A stretch of DNA of 64,000 bases from Octopus vulgaris (taxonomy: Eukaryota). How positions within the stretch are numbered: position 1 is the stretch's first letter; each line of letters opens with the position of its first letter. The stretch lies in assembly GCA_951406725.2 (NCBI GenBank), contig OX597823.1:48112001-48176000 (forward strand), read 5' to 3'. Below the pieces are notes generated by a model. It had not been told where the DNA came from, searched no databases, and worked only from the letters and a program-made list of their open reading frames with translations. A program made the position numbers and the translations under genes. Shown here in pieces: positions 27,727-41,697 of this stretch.

Positions 27727-29459
27727 TTGTTTGTTACAGTAAATCTATGAACGTATTATTTCACTTGTCAATTATTTCATGAGGATACATTTGGAGAGGG
27801 TGTCTGTGCATATTATGTGTGTATGTGTGTCTAAATATATATATGTAGATATATCTATATATTATATGTGTATGTTGATATATCTATGTATATGTAGATA
27901 TATGTGTATGTGTGTATATATTTCTATGTGTGTGTGTATATGTATATATATATATATATGTAGATATATGTATGTATATATATATATATATATGTAGATA
28001 TATATATAAATATATATATGTAGATATATATATAAATATATATATAGATATATATATAAATATATATATAGATACATATATAAATATATATATATAGATA
28101 CATATATAAATATATATATATAGATATATATATATATAGATATATATATAGATAGATAGATAGATACATATATATATATATAGATAGATACATATATATG
28201 TGTGTGTATGTTTGTATGTACGTATGTGTGTGTATACACACATGCAGCTAAAAGAACATTTGGCCTTGATAATCTGGAAATATTTTAATAGATTTTCTTT
28301 TTTTCTTGTAAACAAACATTACTTTGTATGAGAACAACTACAAACCAAAAAAAAAGTCATTCTTATTTATTTTTTGTCTTCAAATATTTTTGGAATTTCC
28401 AATTTCAGTGACTTATGAAATAATCATTGCTGTGGATGCAGCAAAATTTGATGTTGTCTTGATTGAAGGCATTTAAAAAAAATTTTTAAGTTGTTTTTTT
28501 TTTTCAAAACTACTGCAATGTGTTGGCATCTTGGCCATTCTTGCACATATGATACAGGCAAGAAATATTTGTCAAAGAGAAATTCTATTTAAAATCTAAT
28601 CTAGAATCAGTGCCTAATTCTGTGGGAAACATGAGCCAAATACATTAGAAAGATTGATCTGTACAAATATCTTGCCTTTTTTAAAACTGATGGAATTATG
28701 TGACTGTTGTAGGTTTCTCTTTTTTGTATTTTCAGTTAAAAAATATTTGAAATTATTTTCATTTTGGTCGAAATAAACAAATGGAATATATGTATTTTTT
28801 ACTTCTTTTATTTTTTAGTTTTTATTCTCTTTCTTTTTCAGTGTCTTTTATCTTTTATGGGTTTCAGTCATTGGGCTGCGACCTTGCTGGAGCACCACCT
28901 TTTAGGCTTTAGTGAAACAACTCAATACTAGTAGTTATTAAAAAAAGATTTTTTGACCCTGGTACTTATTGTGTTGTCTCTTTTGTTGAACTGCTATATT
29001 ACGGAGATGTAAACAAACCAACACCAGTTGTCAATCAGGGGTGGTAGGAGAGACACAAACACACGAATACACACACATACACACATGATTGGCTTCTTTC
29101 AGTTTCCATTTATCAAATCCACTCACAAGGCTTTGGTTGGCCTAGGGCTATAGAAGACAACATCCTTATTGCCATGTGGCTGGGAGGCACGCTTCTTAAA
29201 CTCATCTGCACTTATGCCTCCATATATTTATTTAACATTGTACACTTAATCATAGGTTTCACTTTGCCCATGCTGTTAATACCATGAGAAAGGCATGAAC
29301 ATTGCATAAGCTTATTTTCAGTAGTCTATGTACCTATGAAAAGTTCATGTTTATGTATTTCATTGCACGCATCTTGAAATTAGTATAAATAAAGTTTTTA
29401 CTGATTTAATTATATATTACATCAGTTAATTAACAGTTGAATTGTCATAGTCATTAGAC

Positions 29460-29953
29460 CAGTGTTTCTCAACTGGGGCCCATATAACCTTTGGCAGGGT
29501 CCATAAAGATTTTGTGATTAAAGTTTATGTGCAATAAATTAGTTATACTTTTACAATCCACAAAATGTTTTAATAATTACATTTATACAATTCCTAATAA
29601 TATTTAATTATAAAACTATTGGAGATGTACTTGCATAGCAAGTGACCTGATCTGAGATTGTGTGCTGGAACGAAAACAATTGCAGTGTGGAAGGTTTTTA
29701 TAAGCCATTTAAGAAACACACAAAATCCGTTAAATTCACTTCAACATTTAAATTTAATTTGTCAAAATATTTTCGTCGCTTTGAGACCGCGACCTGTTCA
29801 CTGACGAAATTTTGTGCTGCATCACGTGTTGTATAAAACTGTCATATTTTTAAATATGAAACAACTCAATACTAGTCAAATGGTTAGGATGAGCAATCTG
29901 AATGAAATAGGAATCAAAGGGATCCATCGGCAAAAAATGGTTGACTATCACTG
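29460..29953. mobile_element. hAT-like MITE containing the G3:C8 HHR element; relative at ~2187-2424
   Basis: CAGTGTTTCTCAAC ... GTTGACTATCACTG termini; TSD not clear. Confidence 0.6.
29758..29808 (-). ncRNA. Second copy of the G3:C8 hammerhead-like RNA
   Basis: Same core and stems II/III, one mismatch in stem I, different loop II (ggtctcaaa). Confidence 0.65.
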
Positions 29954-30950
29954 CGCTAGTGCATTGGATAGAATACTTTATTGTATTTGTTCTAACACAG
30001 TGTGCTATGAGTTCATATTCTGCCCTCAATAAACTTTACTCTTCAGAGTTGGTTAGAAAAAGAACCAATTTATGGAAGTAGGTCGGTGGAACTGTCAAAG
30101 ATCGGATAAGATACTTTGTTATATCTGTATCAACTCTTTATATTCTAACAGCAGCGCCTGTAACAGTACAAGTGCCAAACTCTATTGTCTTTTCTCTTAG
30201 ACAATAGTAGTGACTTTGGAAAGGTATGGGTGACTTCAGATCTTTCACACACAATCTCACCCAAGCCTACATAGGTACATAGTCAACCCCTACCTGCAAA
30301 ATCCCTAGATCTGTCACTAAAACCAAATTTCTGTTTTCAAAATCTGCTTTCCTATAGTTCGCACTTCCAGTGTGTTTCAATTCTTGAGAACTTCTATGAA
30401 AACAATTTTGTGCTTCTGACACAAGTAAGTCACCAGTTTTTTTTCAGGGATAAGAGCATTATGGTCAAGTTTCCCTATCTATCAGTCCTGCAGATAACTG
30501 GATATGTATAAGTGACTTGGAAAATGAACAAACCCCCTCTTATGAATGATTTTCTTGGTCAACTTGGACTAGTAAGAACAGCAACTGAAATGAGTCTATT
30601 GTTAATTTTAAATGCTTTTTACTGCTGTTGGTGCAGTAAATCCACCCACACCGTAAGGACTTGAAAGATTACTTCCCTACAAAAGGTTTGTATCATCAAA
30701 GTCAGGAATTTGTTATCATTGTTGTTACAGCAAATGTTTCATAGCAGTAATACTTTCCCTGTTGCTGATATTGACAAAGCATCTTTTGTAGAATTAACTA
30801 TACTGACACCTGTAATAATACACCAGTGCTAGCTTTTCATTTGAGTTAGCCAGCACTAGAGCTGCTCAGTCGCTATCTTAGAATTACGTTTACAAATATT
30901 GCTTTCTTATTTTGATACATTAACTCAATAAACTCTGTAATTTACCCATA

Positions 30951-30987
<37 letters not shown>

Positions 30988-31501
30988 ATGTGATTTTGGA
31001 ATTGGTAAATTCCACATGTTTACGTGGTTTCAAGGAAAGTAGAACTAAAACAACCATAAGACACATTACTGATAGTTTCAGTTTCTTTGTCATGCACACA
31101 CACACACACACACACGTGGCTGTGTGATAAGAAGCTTGCTTCCCAACCACATGGTTCCCAGATCAGTCTCACTGCATGGCTCCTTGGGCAAGTGTCTTCT
31201 ATTATAGCATGGGGCCAACCAAAGCCTTGTGAGTGGATTTGGCAGATGAAAACTGTAAGAAGCCCATCATGTATATATATATGTGTGTGTCTGTGTTTGT
31301 CCCACCCCCACCTCTGCTTGGCATCTGATGTTGGTGTGTTTACATCCCCTGGTTCAGTAAAAGAATCCAATAGAATAAGTAGTGGGCTTACAAAGAAGTT
31401 CTGGGTTCGATTTCTTTGACTAAAAGGCATTGCTCCAGCATGGCAGTTAAATGACTGCAGTTAAATGACAAACAAATAAAAGAGGTAAATATATCTGCAT
31501 G

Positions 31502-31532
<31 letters not shown>

Positions 31533-32179
31533 ATATCTATTGTGTCACCAGCACTAGTGACATCACCAAGCAACTTGTAAGACTAAGATTACCTTCAACT
31601 GAATTCTGTCAGCCCCATGCAGGCATTGAAAAGTGGATGTTACAGTCATGATGATATATATAAAATATATATCACACACACACACATGTAAAAAAAAAAG
31701 AAAATTACCTTCTCGAGTCCTGCTGACTCATAAGAGCCGGTTTCCCTGGCATATAAATTCCCAACCTGGATGAGATGCTAGTCTGTTACAAGATTACTCA
31801 TTTTTGCTATCTGAGTGGACTGTGGTAGTAGAAAATGAAGTGTTTTGCTCAAGAACACAAGGCGTTGCCCAATCTAGGAATTGAAACTGTAATCTTATAA
31901 TCATGAGTCCAACACCCTTACCACTAAGTACTGTGCCTCCACCAGACACATACACACACACACTCCAACATAGAACAGTGAAAATGAGTGCTCAGCCCCA
32001 CATTGGTCGACAAATGTACTTTATTTGTGAGTTAACAAGGCACCCAATGGTTTCATGTGAGATTTTCACAATTGTTCAATCATGCCACATGGAATGTTAG
32101 TACTTTCATGTGGTGTGCTTGAAGAGTTCTGAAGATCTTTTCATTTGCCTTGATAACCCACAAAAAAAGATTATATATA

Positions 32180-33950
32180 TAAATGGAAAACTGTATGGTA
32201 AATTAACAAACAGCATAATATATACTGAGTGTACAACTGGACAGAAGACAGATACAGAAAGTTCCTAATTCTTCATCAGTTATCAACTAATTAGTAAGAC
32301 TCAGTTTCACACCATTAATGATAAGACTCAGAATTTCCCATGCTGGTGGTTTCTGCGAAAGTTTTGGAGAATATATGACCAAGAGCAAACAAAACAATAT
32401 AGAGTGGACATACGAAAGATGATGGGCAAAGACGACATAAATAAGAAACGAGCAAAATATAGCCCCAGAGCCAAAAAGACGAGAATGGTGGGTAACACTC
32501 AAGACATCCTAAAGGATAGAAAACAGTGAGACACGGAGAATTTGTGACCGATGAGAAAAAGGAAAGCCAGCCATGGGTTACATGACTGCAGCAGGCAGTA
32601 ACGAGAGAGTGACAGAAAACGGGAAGGGATGAAGTGGGAGAAAAAGGAGAAAGGTTAGGAATACAAGAGGTCGAGAGAGAGAAAAGAAAGAGTGAAAGCA
32701 AGAATTAAAGTCGCATGGATATATAAAAAAACTTACTGTTAATACAAGTTGAGGTGCATTGCGTTCCATTACTTAACAAATGAAAATATGTATGGTAAAT
32801 AAACATAACAAATTGTTTATATACTTAGCAGTTTAGCAAAAGAGAACAATAGAATAATTCCTTAGGTCAATTTCTTCAACTAAAGGTGGTGCTCCAGCAT
32901 GGCCACAGTCAAATGACTGAAACAAGTAACACAAAATAAATAAATAAGTCCATGTGACTAATTCTTGCCTTCACTCTTTCTCCTTTTCTCTCTTCTGCCT
33001 GCTTCTATTTCTACCCTTTCTCCTTTTTTTCCCCCTTCATCCCTTCCCTTATTTTCTCTCTCTCACTCACTCTCCCACTCTCTTTTACTTGTTTCAGTCA
33101 TTTGACTGTGGCCATACTGGAGCACCACCTTTATAGTTGAGCAAATTGACCCCAGAGCTTATTCTTTGTAAGCCTAGTACTTATTCTATCAGTCTCTTTT
33201 GCTGAACTGCTAAGTTACAGGCATGTAAACACACCAGCATCAGTTGTCAAGCGATGCTGGGCGGACAAACACAGACACACAAACATATACACACACCCAT
33301 ATATATACATATATGACGGGCTTCTTTCAGTTTCTGTCTACCAAATCCACTCACAAGGCTTTGGTCGGCCAGAGGCTATAGTAGAAGACACTAGCCCAAG
33401 GTGCCATGCAGTAGGACTGAACCCGGAACCATGTGGTTGGTAAGCAAGCTACTTACCACACAGCCACTCCTGCGCCTCTTTCTCCTCTGCCTGCTGCTGT
33501 CATGTGACCCATGGCTAGCTTTCCTTTCTTTCTCTCCCTTTTTCACACCAGCCATAAATTCTCTGTGTTTCAGTTTTCTATCCTTTAGGATTTCTTCTAA
33601 ATGTTACCCACCATTCTTGTCTTTTCGGATCTGAGGCTATATTTTGCTTGTTTCTTATCAATTTTGTCTTTGTTCATCATCTTAAATCACATTTATTCAC
33701 TATTGTATGTCCACTCTGTATTGTTTTGTTTTGTTTGCTCTTGGCCCTATATTCTCTGCAACTTACACGGGCACTGCCAGCATGGGAAGTTCCCAATCTT
33801 ATCATTAATGGTGTGAAACTAAGTATTATCATTTGGCTGATAACTGATGAAGAATTAGAGACTCACTGTGTGTGTCTCCTGTCTAGTTGTACACTATTTA
33901 TCATACATTTCTTATTTATTTAGTAATGGAACGCAATGCACCCAACCTAT
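32180..33950. repeat. Large diverged inverted repeat (two ~600-bp copies of a Penelope/retrozyme-like family); right arm interrupted by a SINE
   Basis: 32195-32720 is the reverse complement of 32945-33065 + 33476-33905; 32748-32800 matches 33897-33947. Confidence 0.75.
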
Positions 33951-34178
33951 ATATATATATATAATAAATATAAGGGTAGCAAAAAAATTCTAGAGAAAAT
34001 TCCGCTACCAGCGGTCCAGTGAGAAAGAAAAGATAGTCAAAGACTATATAATATACATTCAAAAATATAAGGAATGGCCATAATAGGACATTCGACTCAC
34101 TAGAAAGAGCAGCCAAACTCAAACCACAAATAGTTGTAATTCTGAAATTGAAAGAAATAAAAACATTTACCCCTTTCA

Positions 34179-34273
34179 TCTCTGGACTATGCATAGTTTC
34201 GGCAAACTTTAGTAAACAGATTAATTAAATTAAATTAAATTTATTTACAACTGGCGTGCCTCATCAGCAGAGA
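34179..34273 (-). ncRNA. Canonical type I hammerhead ribozyme
   Basis: Minus strand: TCTCTG-CTGATGA-GGCA(long AT-rich loop/extension)TGCC-GAA-ACTATGCATAGT-C-CAGAGA. All core residues present, three stems pair, GUC cleavage site between 34185 and 34184. Confidence 0.9.
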
Positions 34274-34824
34274 AGCCTAGAGAGAGAGAGAGATATGTAT
34301 ATATACAAATAAATCTATGTGTGTGTACATGGATATGCATGTATATGTATATATGGGGAACAGCTTTTCTTTTATACATGTTTCAATTGCACCATAGTTT
34401 TATCATTTTTATTATATTATAGATTTTCTATATTTTTTTTTATTGGATTGTTATCATTAGTTTGGAACAACATGGTTCTTAAATCCATATTTTACACATC
34501 AGACATTCACAATCACATGTTCAAGAATTGTACTTCATATACATTAGTTACATTTCTAGAAACTTACCTACCAGAAGTCGTGTCTTGGGTTGGTCATTAT
34601 ACCAATAACAATTGAAATAAACAGACACACACACTGGTTCAGTACCACTGCTTTATCTTACCAACTAGCTATCCAATGGTTTATTTACTTATCAATCAAT
34701 TGATAGTTTTGTCAGTCCTTTTGTTGTTATTCATGACTCCTCACTGACAAGCCCTTACTCTTCAAACCAAATACAAAAACTTGTTGGAGGTGTTTTTGAC
34801 CCTAATGGTTAGTACTCATCTATT

Positions 34825-35057
34825 AAGGCTGCGAGCTGGCAGAAACATTAGCACGCCGGGCAAAATGCATAGCCGTATTTCGTCTGCCGTTACATTCTGA
34901 GTTCAAATTCCGCCGGGGTCAACTTTGCCTTTCATCCTTTCGGGGTCGATAAATTAAGTACCAGTTACGCACTGGGGCCAATGTAAGCAACTTAATTTGT
35001 TTGTCTGTCCTTGTTTGTCCTCTCTGTGTTTAGCCCCTTGTGGGTAGTAAAGAAATA
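34825..35057 (+). mobile_element. SINE family B (CORE-like domain) with 20-bp target-site duplication
   Basis: GCCTTTCATCCTTTCGGGGTCGATAAATTAAGTACCAG core; TSD GGTTAGTACTCATCTATTAA at 34807-34826 and 35058-35077. Other copies at 1585-1795(-), 10523-10715, 10731-10950, 35765-35960(-), 63795-64000. Confidence 0.9.
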
Positions 35058-36726
35058 GGTTAGTACTCATCTATTAATTTTTGTTGGGCTCAAATATTTT
35101 GAACTCAGGTTTTCATTTTGGTAACCATGTTTTAATTTTTTGATGTCTGTGCTGTTTACATGTTTTTTTAGCATTGCTTGATGAGTATGGCTTCCATGAT
35201 TAATCTTCTGTTTTTGCAAGGAGTTTTATAAAAAAATGCAAGCGGTGTTCATTGCTTCTATCTTTTACTTGTTTCACTCATTAGACTGCAGCCTTACTTG
35301 GACACTGCCTTAAATTTTTAGTCATATGAATCAATCCCAGGACTTATTTCTTAAGCCTAGTACTTATTCTATCGGTCTCCTCCGCTGAACCAGAGAGGTA
35401 TCATCTTTTCAGCAAGATGAGAAGACCCATGGTCTCCCAAGGCTAACGTGCTTCCAAAATACAAACATATGCACACACAAACACATACATCTATATACAT
35501 ATCCATACACATGCATCAGCTATATGAAAACTCACACACACACATATATGTTGGGAATGTTAATGCTGTAGTAATTACAAAAATTAAATTCAATAAGAAT
35601 TAAATTTAACCTTTGAAAAAGCAATAGCAACTATTATAATAACAATAAAAATGAAAATAAGAGCAAAAACAAAATAAAGATAAAAAATAATAGCTGCAAT
35701 AATAAGGATCATAAATATAATAGATATAGAAATATCAAATATATATATTAAATAGATAAATAATAATCCTTTCTACTATAGGCACAAGGCCTGCAATTTT
35801 GGTGGGAGGAGTAAGTCAATTATATTGACCCTCCACAATGCTTGACTGGTACTTAATTTATTGACCCCGAAAGGTTCAAAGGCAAAGTCAACCTTGGCAG
35901 AATTTGAACTCAGAATGTAAAGATGACCGAAATGCTGCTAAGCATTTGCCCAGCTTGCTGCCAATACTAATAACACTAATGACTAATAATACTAATAACA
36001 ACAATCAGTTAGCTAAGTAAAAATAAAACGTAGAAATGAAATTATGGTAATAGGGAAATATATAATAATAATAATGCATATGTTATATCAGCAATTATGT
36101 AGAACATTTATATAACAAAAATGTATGAAATGTGTTTATGAAAACATATATGTGCATATATAAATGATTGTAGGTGGGGTGTGGACAGAAAGTATAATCA
36201 AGCATAAAATTATAGAAAAGTATAGAAAATATATGTATGTAAATATAGGCGCAGATACATTATTGTAAACATGCATATCTGCATATGGATATGTACATAC
36301 CCATGTATAAATATGTATAGGCACATCTATCCATATGTATATATATATATACGTGTTTAAATCTCTATAGACTTGATAACATTAATAAAATTATTAAAAA
36401 TAGTGTTTCTCGCTGCTTTTGGTTAGTTGGAGACCAAAGTGTGCAGATGCACTTGGTGTGTAGTGAGCTGCCAAAAGTTTTGTTTTTGGTTTTTAAACAT
36501 GATAAGAGTCCAATGAATACTTCAGACTTTGCCACCTTTCTCTGCTGCAGACTTTACATCTACCATTGGTGTAAAGTTTACATCATCTCAGGATCTTCCA
36601 GTTTATGGAATTGTTGTTGGACCGCTCTTTGAAATCCTAAATGCAGTTGGAGAGCTGTGTGGTGTTGCATTTGTTCCAGTCTCTTTAGGAAGAGTTATTG
36701 AATCTTACTTCTCTGAACACTACATA

Positions 36727-37238
36727 CCGTAAATCCTCAAGTATAGTCTGCCCTTCAGTATAATACGCAGTGGATTTTTAGGGGGTTGTACCTCTGAAAA
36801 ACCTAAACTATGTGTATAATATGCACCCCTTCTCTAACTTGAGTTGTGCGTAATTAAGCCACCAGCACCTAGTCAAACAAACACTTCTGCACATGCATAA
36901 TACAATAATGGTGATGTTCTTAACTGTTATATGGGAATGTAAATATGTTTGCAAATTGTTTTTGTTACATGTTATTCTGTGTTCTGAATACTTTTATTTT
37001 AATAAATGTTGCTTACTGCAGTTATGGATGATTCTTTTATGACTTCATTGCTTTCAGGTTCAGCTTAAGGTATTTTCGTGCCCGACATCACAAAATGCGT
37101 CCGAATAAACATTGCCAGACAGCAAATAGATTCTTGGACATTGCTTAGAAAATATTTTTCATTTTTAACCTCGTATATAATATTCACTAGGGATTTTGTC
37201 CTTTAAATTTTACTCAGATTATACTCGAGGATTTACGG
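36727..37238. mobile_element. pogo/Tigger-like MITE
   Basis: TA flanks; TIR CCGTAAATCCTCAAGTATA / TATACTCGAGGATTTACGG. Confidence 0.85.
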
Positions 37239-37248
37239 TACTTCTTAA

Positions 37249-37465
37249 CCCTTTAGCATTTAGATTATTTTATCAAATGTAATACTTATTTATTCACATT
37301 GTTTTGAATTAATCATACATTATCTCAGAGGTTCAAAATTTCGATGACATGACTCTGTATTTTTAGAATAGCATTATATGGTAGGTGTGAGAGGCTGATT
37401 CTGGCTGGTTTGAATATAAAATAGAGAAATTTGAGCTGGATTCATCTGGTTTAAATGCTAAATGG
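37249..37465. mobile_element. piggyBac-like MITE (second family; relatives near 4410-4985, 18085-18570, 20415-20635)
   Basis: TTAA flanks; TIR CCCTTTAGCATTTA / TAAATGCTAAATGG. Confidence 0.8.
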
Positions 37466-38934
37466 TTAATACATGTGGGTATTGTTTGTATAAGCTGTTC
37501 TGACTGGCACCTCAAATATTTTAGCCTCAGCATCACAGTCTCCATCTAATGGGTACAGTTCTGTATTTCTATAAGAACAGCCAGCTTCTTTTGGGTGTGT
37601 ATATTTGTGTGAAACTATTCTTTTGAGGTTGGAGTTGGAGATAAGCTAATCTTCAAGTTGTGCATATTGAAAGGTTTATAAGTATCTGTGATTAGCTGGG
37701 AAATGTTTATCTGTTAATGTAAAGAAGAACTAATTTTGTCTCTAATGCCATCTTCTTTCGGTGCATTGTTATAAAGGGTGGTGCTGCTGTATTAAAAATT
37801 TCCTTATCAGAGAAGTTTGAGACTCTGCAGCTAATAGGTGACATTGTGGCTGTGTGGTAAGAAGTTTGCTCCCAACTACATGGTTCCAGGTTCAGTCCCA
37901 CGTATATGACATCTCAGGCAATTGTCTTCTACTATAGCTCTGGGCTGACCAAAGCCTTGTAAGTGTATTTAGTAGATGGAAACAGAAAGAAGCCCTTCAT
38001 GTGTGTATATATACATATATATGTGTGTGTTTGTCTACTGCCACCATTTGACAACTGGTGTTGGTGTGTTTATGTCCCCAAAATTTGCAGTTCAGCATAA
38101 CAGACTGAGAGAAAAATGTACCTGACAGTGTGGCTGTGTGTTAAGAAGTTTGCTCCCAACTACATGGTTCCAGGTTCAGTCCCACGTGTATGACATCTCA
38201 GGCAATTGTCTTCTACTATAGCTCTGGGCTGACCAAAGCCTTGTAAGTGTATTTAGTAGATGGAAACAGAAAGAAGCCCTTCATGTGTGTATATATACAT
38301 ATATATGTGTGTGTTTGTCTGCTGCCACCATTTGACAACTGGTGTTAGTGTGTTTATGTCCCCAAAATTTGCAGTTCAGCAAAACAGAATGAGAGAAAAA
38401 TTTACCTGACTTAAAAAGAAAAATAAGTACCGGAATCGATTCATTCGACTTAAATTCTTCAAAAGTGCTCCAGCATGGCCTCCATCTAATGACTGAAACA
38501 AGTGAAAGATAAAAGACCTTTTTTTTACTGACAGGCACAAACATTCATTCTTAAAATTTTTGATTCTTTTAAATTGCTAGTGCCACATAAAAAGTACCCT
38601 TGCTGGTGTCGCATATAAAAGCACCCATGCAGGTGTCACACATAAGGCAACTATGCTAGAGCCAATATATAAAGAAACTATGCTGGTGACATGTATAAAG
38701 CACCCTTGCTGGTGCCATGTACTAATGCTGATGTTGGCACCACATAAAAAGCACCCAAACCACTTTGTAAAGTTGTTGGCATTAGGAAAAGCATCCTGCC
38801 ATAGAAACCACGACGAAACATTCAATTGGAGACTGATGCAGCTCTCTGGCTTGCCAGCTCTTGTCAAACTGTCCAACCCATGCCAGCATGGAATGCGGAC
38901 GTCAAGTGATGATGATGATGATGAAAGACATATT

Positions 38935-39352
38935 GTACTCTCTTTACTCTTTACTCTTTTACTTGTTTCAGTCATTTGACTGCGGCCATGCTGGAGCACC
39001 GTCTTTAGTCGAGCAAATTGACCCCGGGACTTATTCTTTGTAAGCCCAGTACTTTTTCTATCGGTCTCTTTTGCCGAACCGCTAAGTTATGGGGGCGTAA
39101 ACACACCAGCATCGGTTGTCAAGCAATGCTAGGGGGACAAACACAGACACACAAACATACGCACACATATATAATTATACATATATACGACGGGCTTCTT
39201 TCAGTTTCCGTCTACCAAATCCACTCACAAGGCTTTGGTCAGCCCGAGGCTATAGTAGAAAACAGTTGCCCAAGATGCCACGCAGTGGGACTGAACCCGG
39301 AACCATGTGGTTGGTAAGCAAGCTACTTACCACACAGCTACTCCTACGCCTA
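38935..39352 (-). mobile_element. Young full-length SINE family A copy
   Basis: CpGs retained; (GTAAAAGA)n tail. Confidence 0.9.
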
Positions 39353-40954
39353 CAATGTAGTTCTAAATATACAAAAGACAAAATGATCTTGATTGGAATG
39401 GGACACATTTATATCTCCTCTATCAAAGATGACTTGAAGTTTTAAAAACAATTAGAGATGCATTTACAGTATTTTCCCACATGTAGTATCAATACAAATT
39501 TGTATCATTAGTTGATGATTGTCTTAAGATCTTAGTCCTTGCCATGGATATCGCACAGTTCCAGTTTTAACAACCCAGTTAAGTATTCGCTGTAGAAGAG
39601 GATCTGTGTTGTTGTAAGCAGTTAGACATATAAGAATATATTTTCTTTAATTAACAGCCTGAGCCAATTGTACTTTTAGACTTAACAACAGAAAGTCTAT
39701 TAAATTCTCTCATAGTTGGCACTGATCATATGTTAAAGCCATGCACTAGAAGTTGCCTGGTTCCAGATAATTGCTAGAAGGTGGGAAGAAGAACAAAAGT
39801 GTTTAAGAGTGTATAATGATTGAGAATGTTAAGTAGTTTTAAAATAAGCATTGGCAAACATAGGGAGACAAAACATAATTATAGCCAGAGAACTGCAATA
39901 TAATAGCATGAAGCAGAATTAAAAGATTGTTAACTGGGTTGTCTTTTTTTCATTCTTCCATTCTGAAGGATCTGCTCTATCATTTGTATATTTTATTCCA
40001 AATTCAGTCTGAAGGGTCAACAAAGTACAAAACTATTAGAAAGTATACTTCAGATTATGGAATTTAATCATGTTAAACAACTTTAGTGTATTGGAGTCGA
40101 CAAAGGATCTTCTAACTGGTTAATCACACTGTTAAAAATAGCAGTCAAGTCTCATCCCTCTCAACAACCCTACCAACATACAAAGAGAAAAGAAACCGTG
40201 TAGAATGTATTTCTCGAGGCTAAACAACAATTTTATTAAGTTATTTTCATATTTGCAGTTAAATTACTAAACTAATTAATTGCTACTAAACTAATTAATT
40301 GCTCTGACAGTAAACAGAACACATGACACTGTTGTTAGTTATCATGTTTGATCACAGCATTGGACTGTGATACTGGATCATTATTTGCTGATTATTAATC
40401 ATGATGTCGGATCATAATTTAACTGATGTCCTTTTTGACACCCAAAATCACTGTTGCAATCAGTTCACACAATTAGGAACAGTATTTGCTAATTAATTTA
40501 GTAGCAGTTGTTTCTGCTGTATTTTAATTAATGTGGTCTTAATATTACAATATTCTAATTAAATTGATATTGGTTCTATTAATAATTAATAAAAGTAGCA
40601 TAACTCATTCCTGGGTAAATAGATATTTGTAATTATAAAGAAATCTAATTACCTAAACACTAAAAGGCATAGATGATTGTTCAGTGCTGAACATTCTGAG
40701 TTCAAATCCTGTTTGGGTTCACTGTGCCTTTCTTCATTGGAACCAAAGGCACCAGTTATTTAAAAGATTAAAGTGACAATACTCTTCTTTTAAAAAAGGT
40801 GCATTTGTGGAAATTTTAGAAATTATAACTTCTGAGAATCTAATTGTCATATTATATTACATATATATATATATATATACACACATACATATATACATAC
40901 ATATACATGCATATACATATATATATATACACACACATAGATATATATATACAC

Positions 40955-40993
<39 letters not shown>

Positions 40994-41007
40994 CATACAT
41001 ACATACG

Positions 41008-41043
<36 letters not shown>

Positions 41044-41285
41044 TCTTTTATCCATTATATTTTACTAGCTTCAGTCATTAGACTGTGGCAATGTCAGTCA
41101 CAATTTGTTTAGGCATATTTTCTTCAGCTGAATGCCCTTCCTACAGTGAGTTTCCAAGTAAACTAATATTCCTCTGTGGCAAGAAGATTCACAGAAGAGC
41201 CCGGCATGCATTGCAATGGCACTTCCTTACAAGTACCATGCAATGTCAAGTCAAGTGGACAGAAACACACACACACACACACACA

Positions 41286-41328
<43 letters not shown>

Positions 41329-41654
41329 CATTCATCATTCAGTTTCCATTTACTAAATACAAATTTGATCTGGAATGTGCAGCCTTCTGGCTCACCAGCC
41401 CTCAATTTAAACTGTCCAACCCATGCCAGCATGGAAAGCGGACGTTATACGACGATAACGATGATGATGATATATATATATATATATATATATAGGTGCA
41501 CGCGTAGCTGTGTGGTAAGAAGCTTGCTTCCACACCACATGTTATCAGGTTCAGTCACACTGTGTGGCCCTTGGGCAAGTGACTTCTACTATAGCCTAGG
41601 ATCAATCAAAGCCTTGTGAGAGGATTTGGCAGACAAAAACTGAAAGAAGCCTGT

Positions 41655-41697
<43 letters not shown>

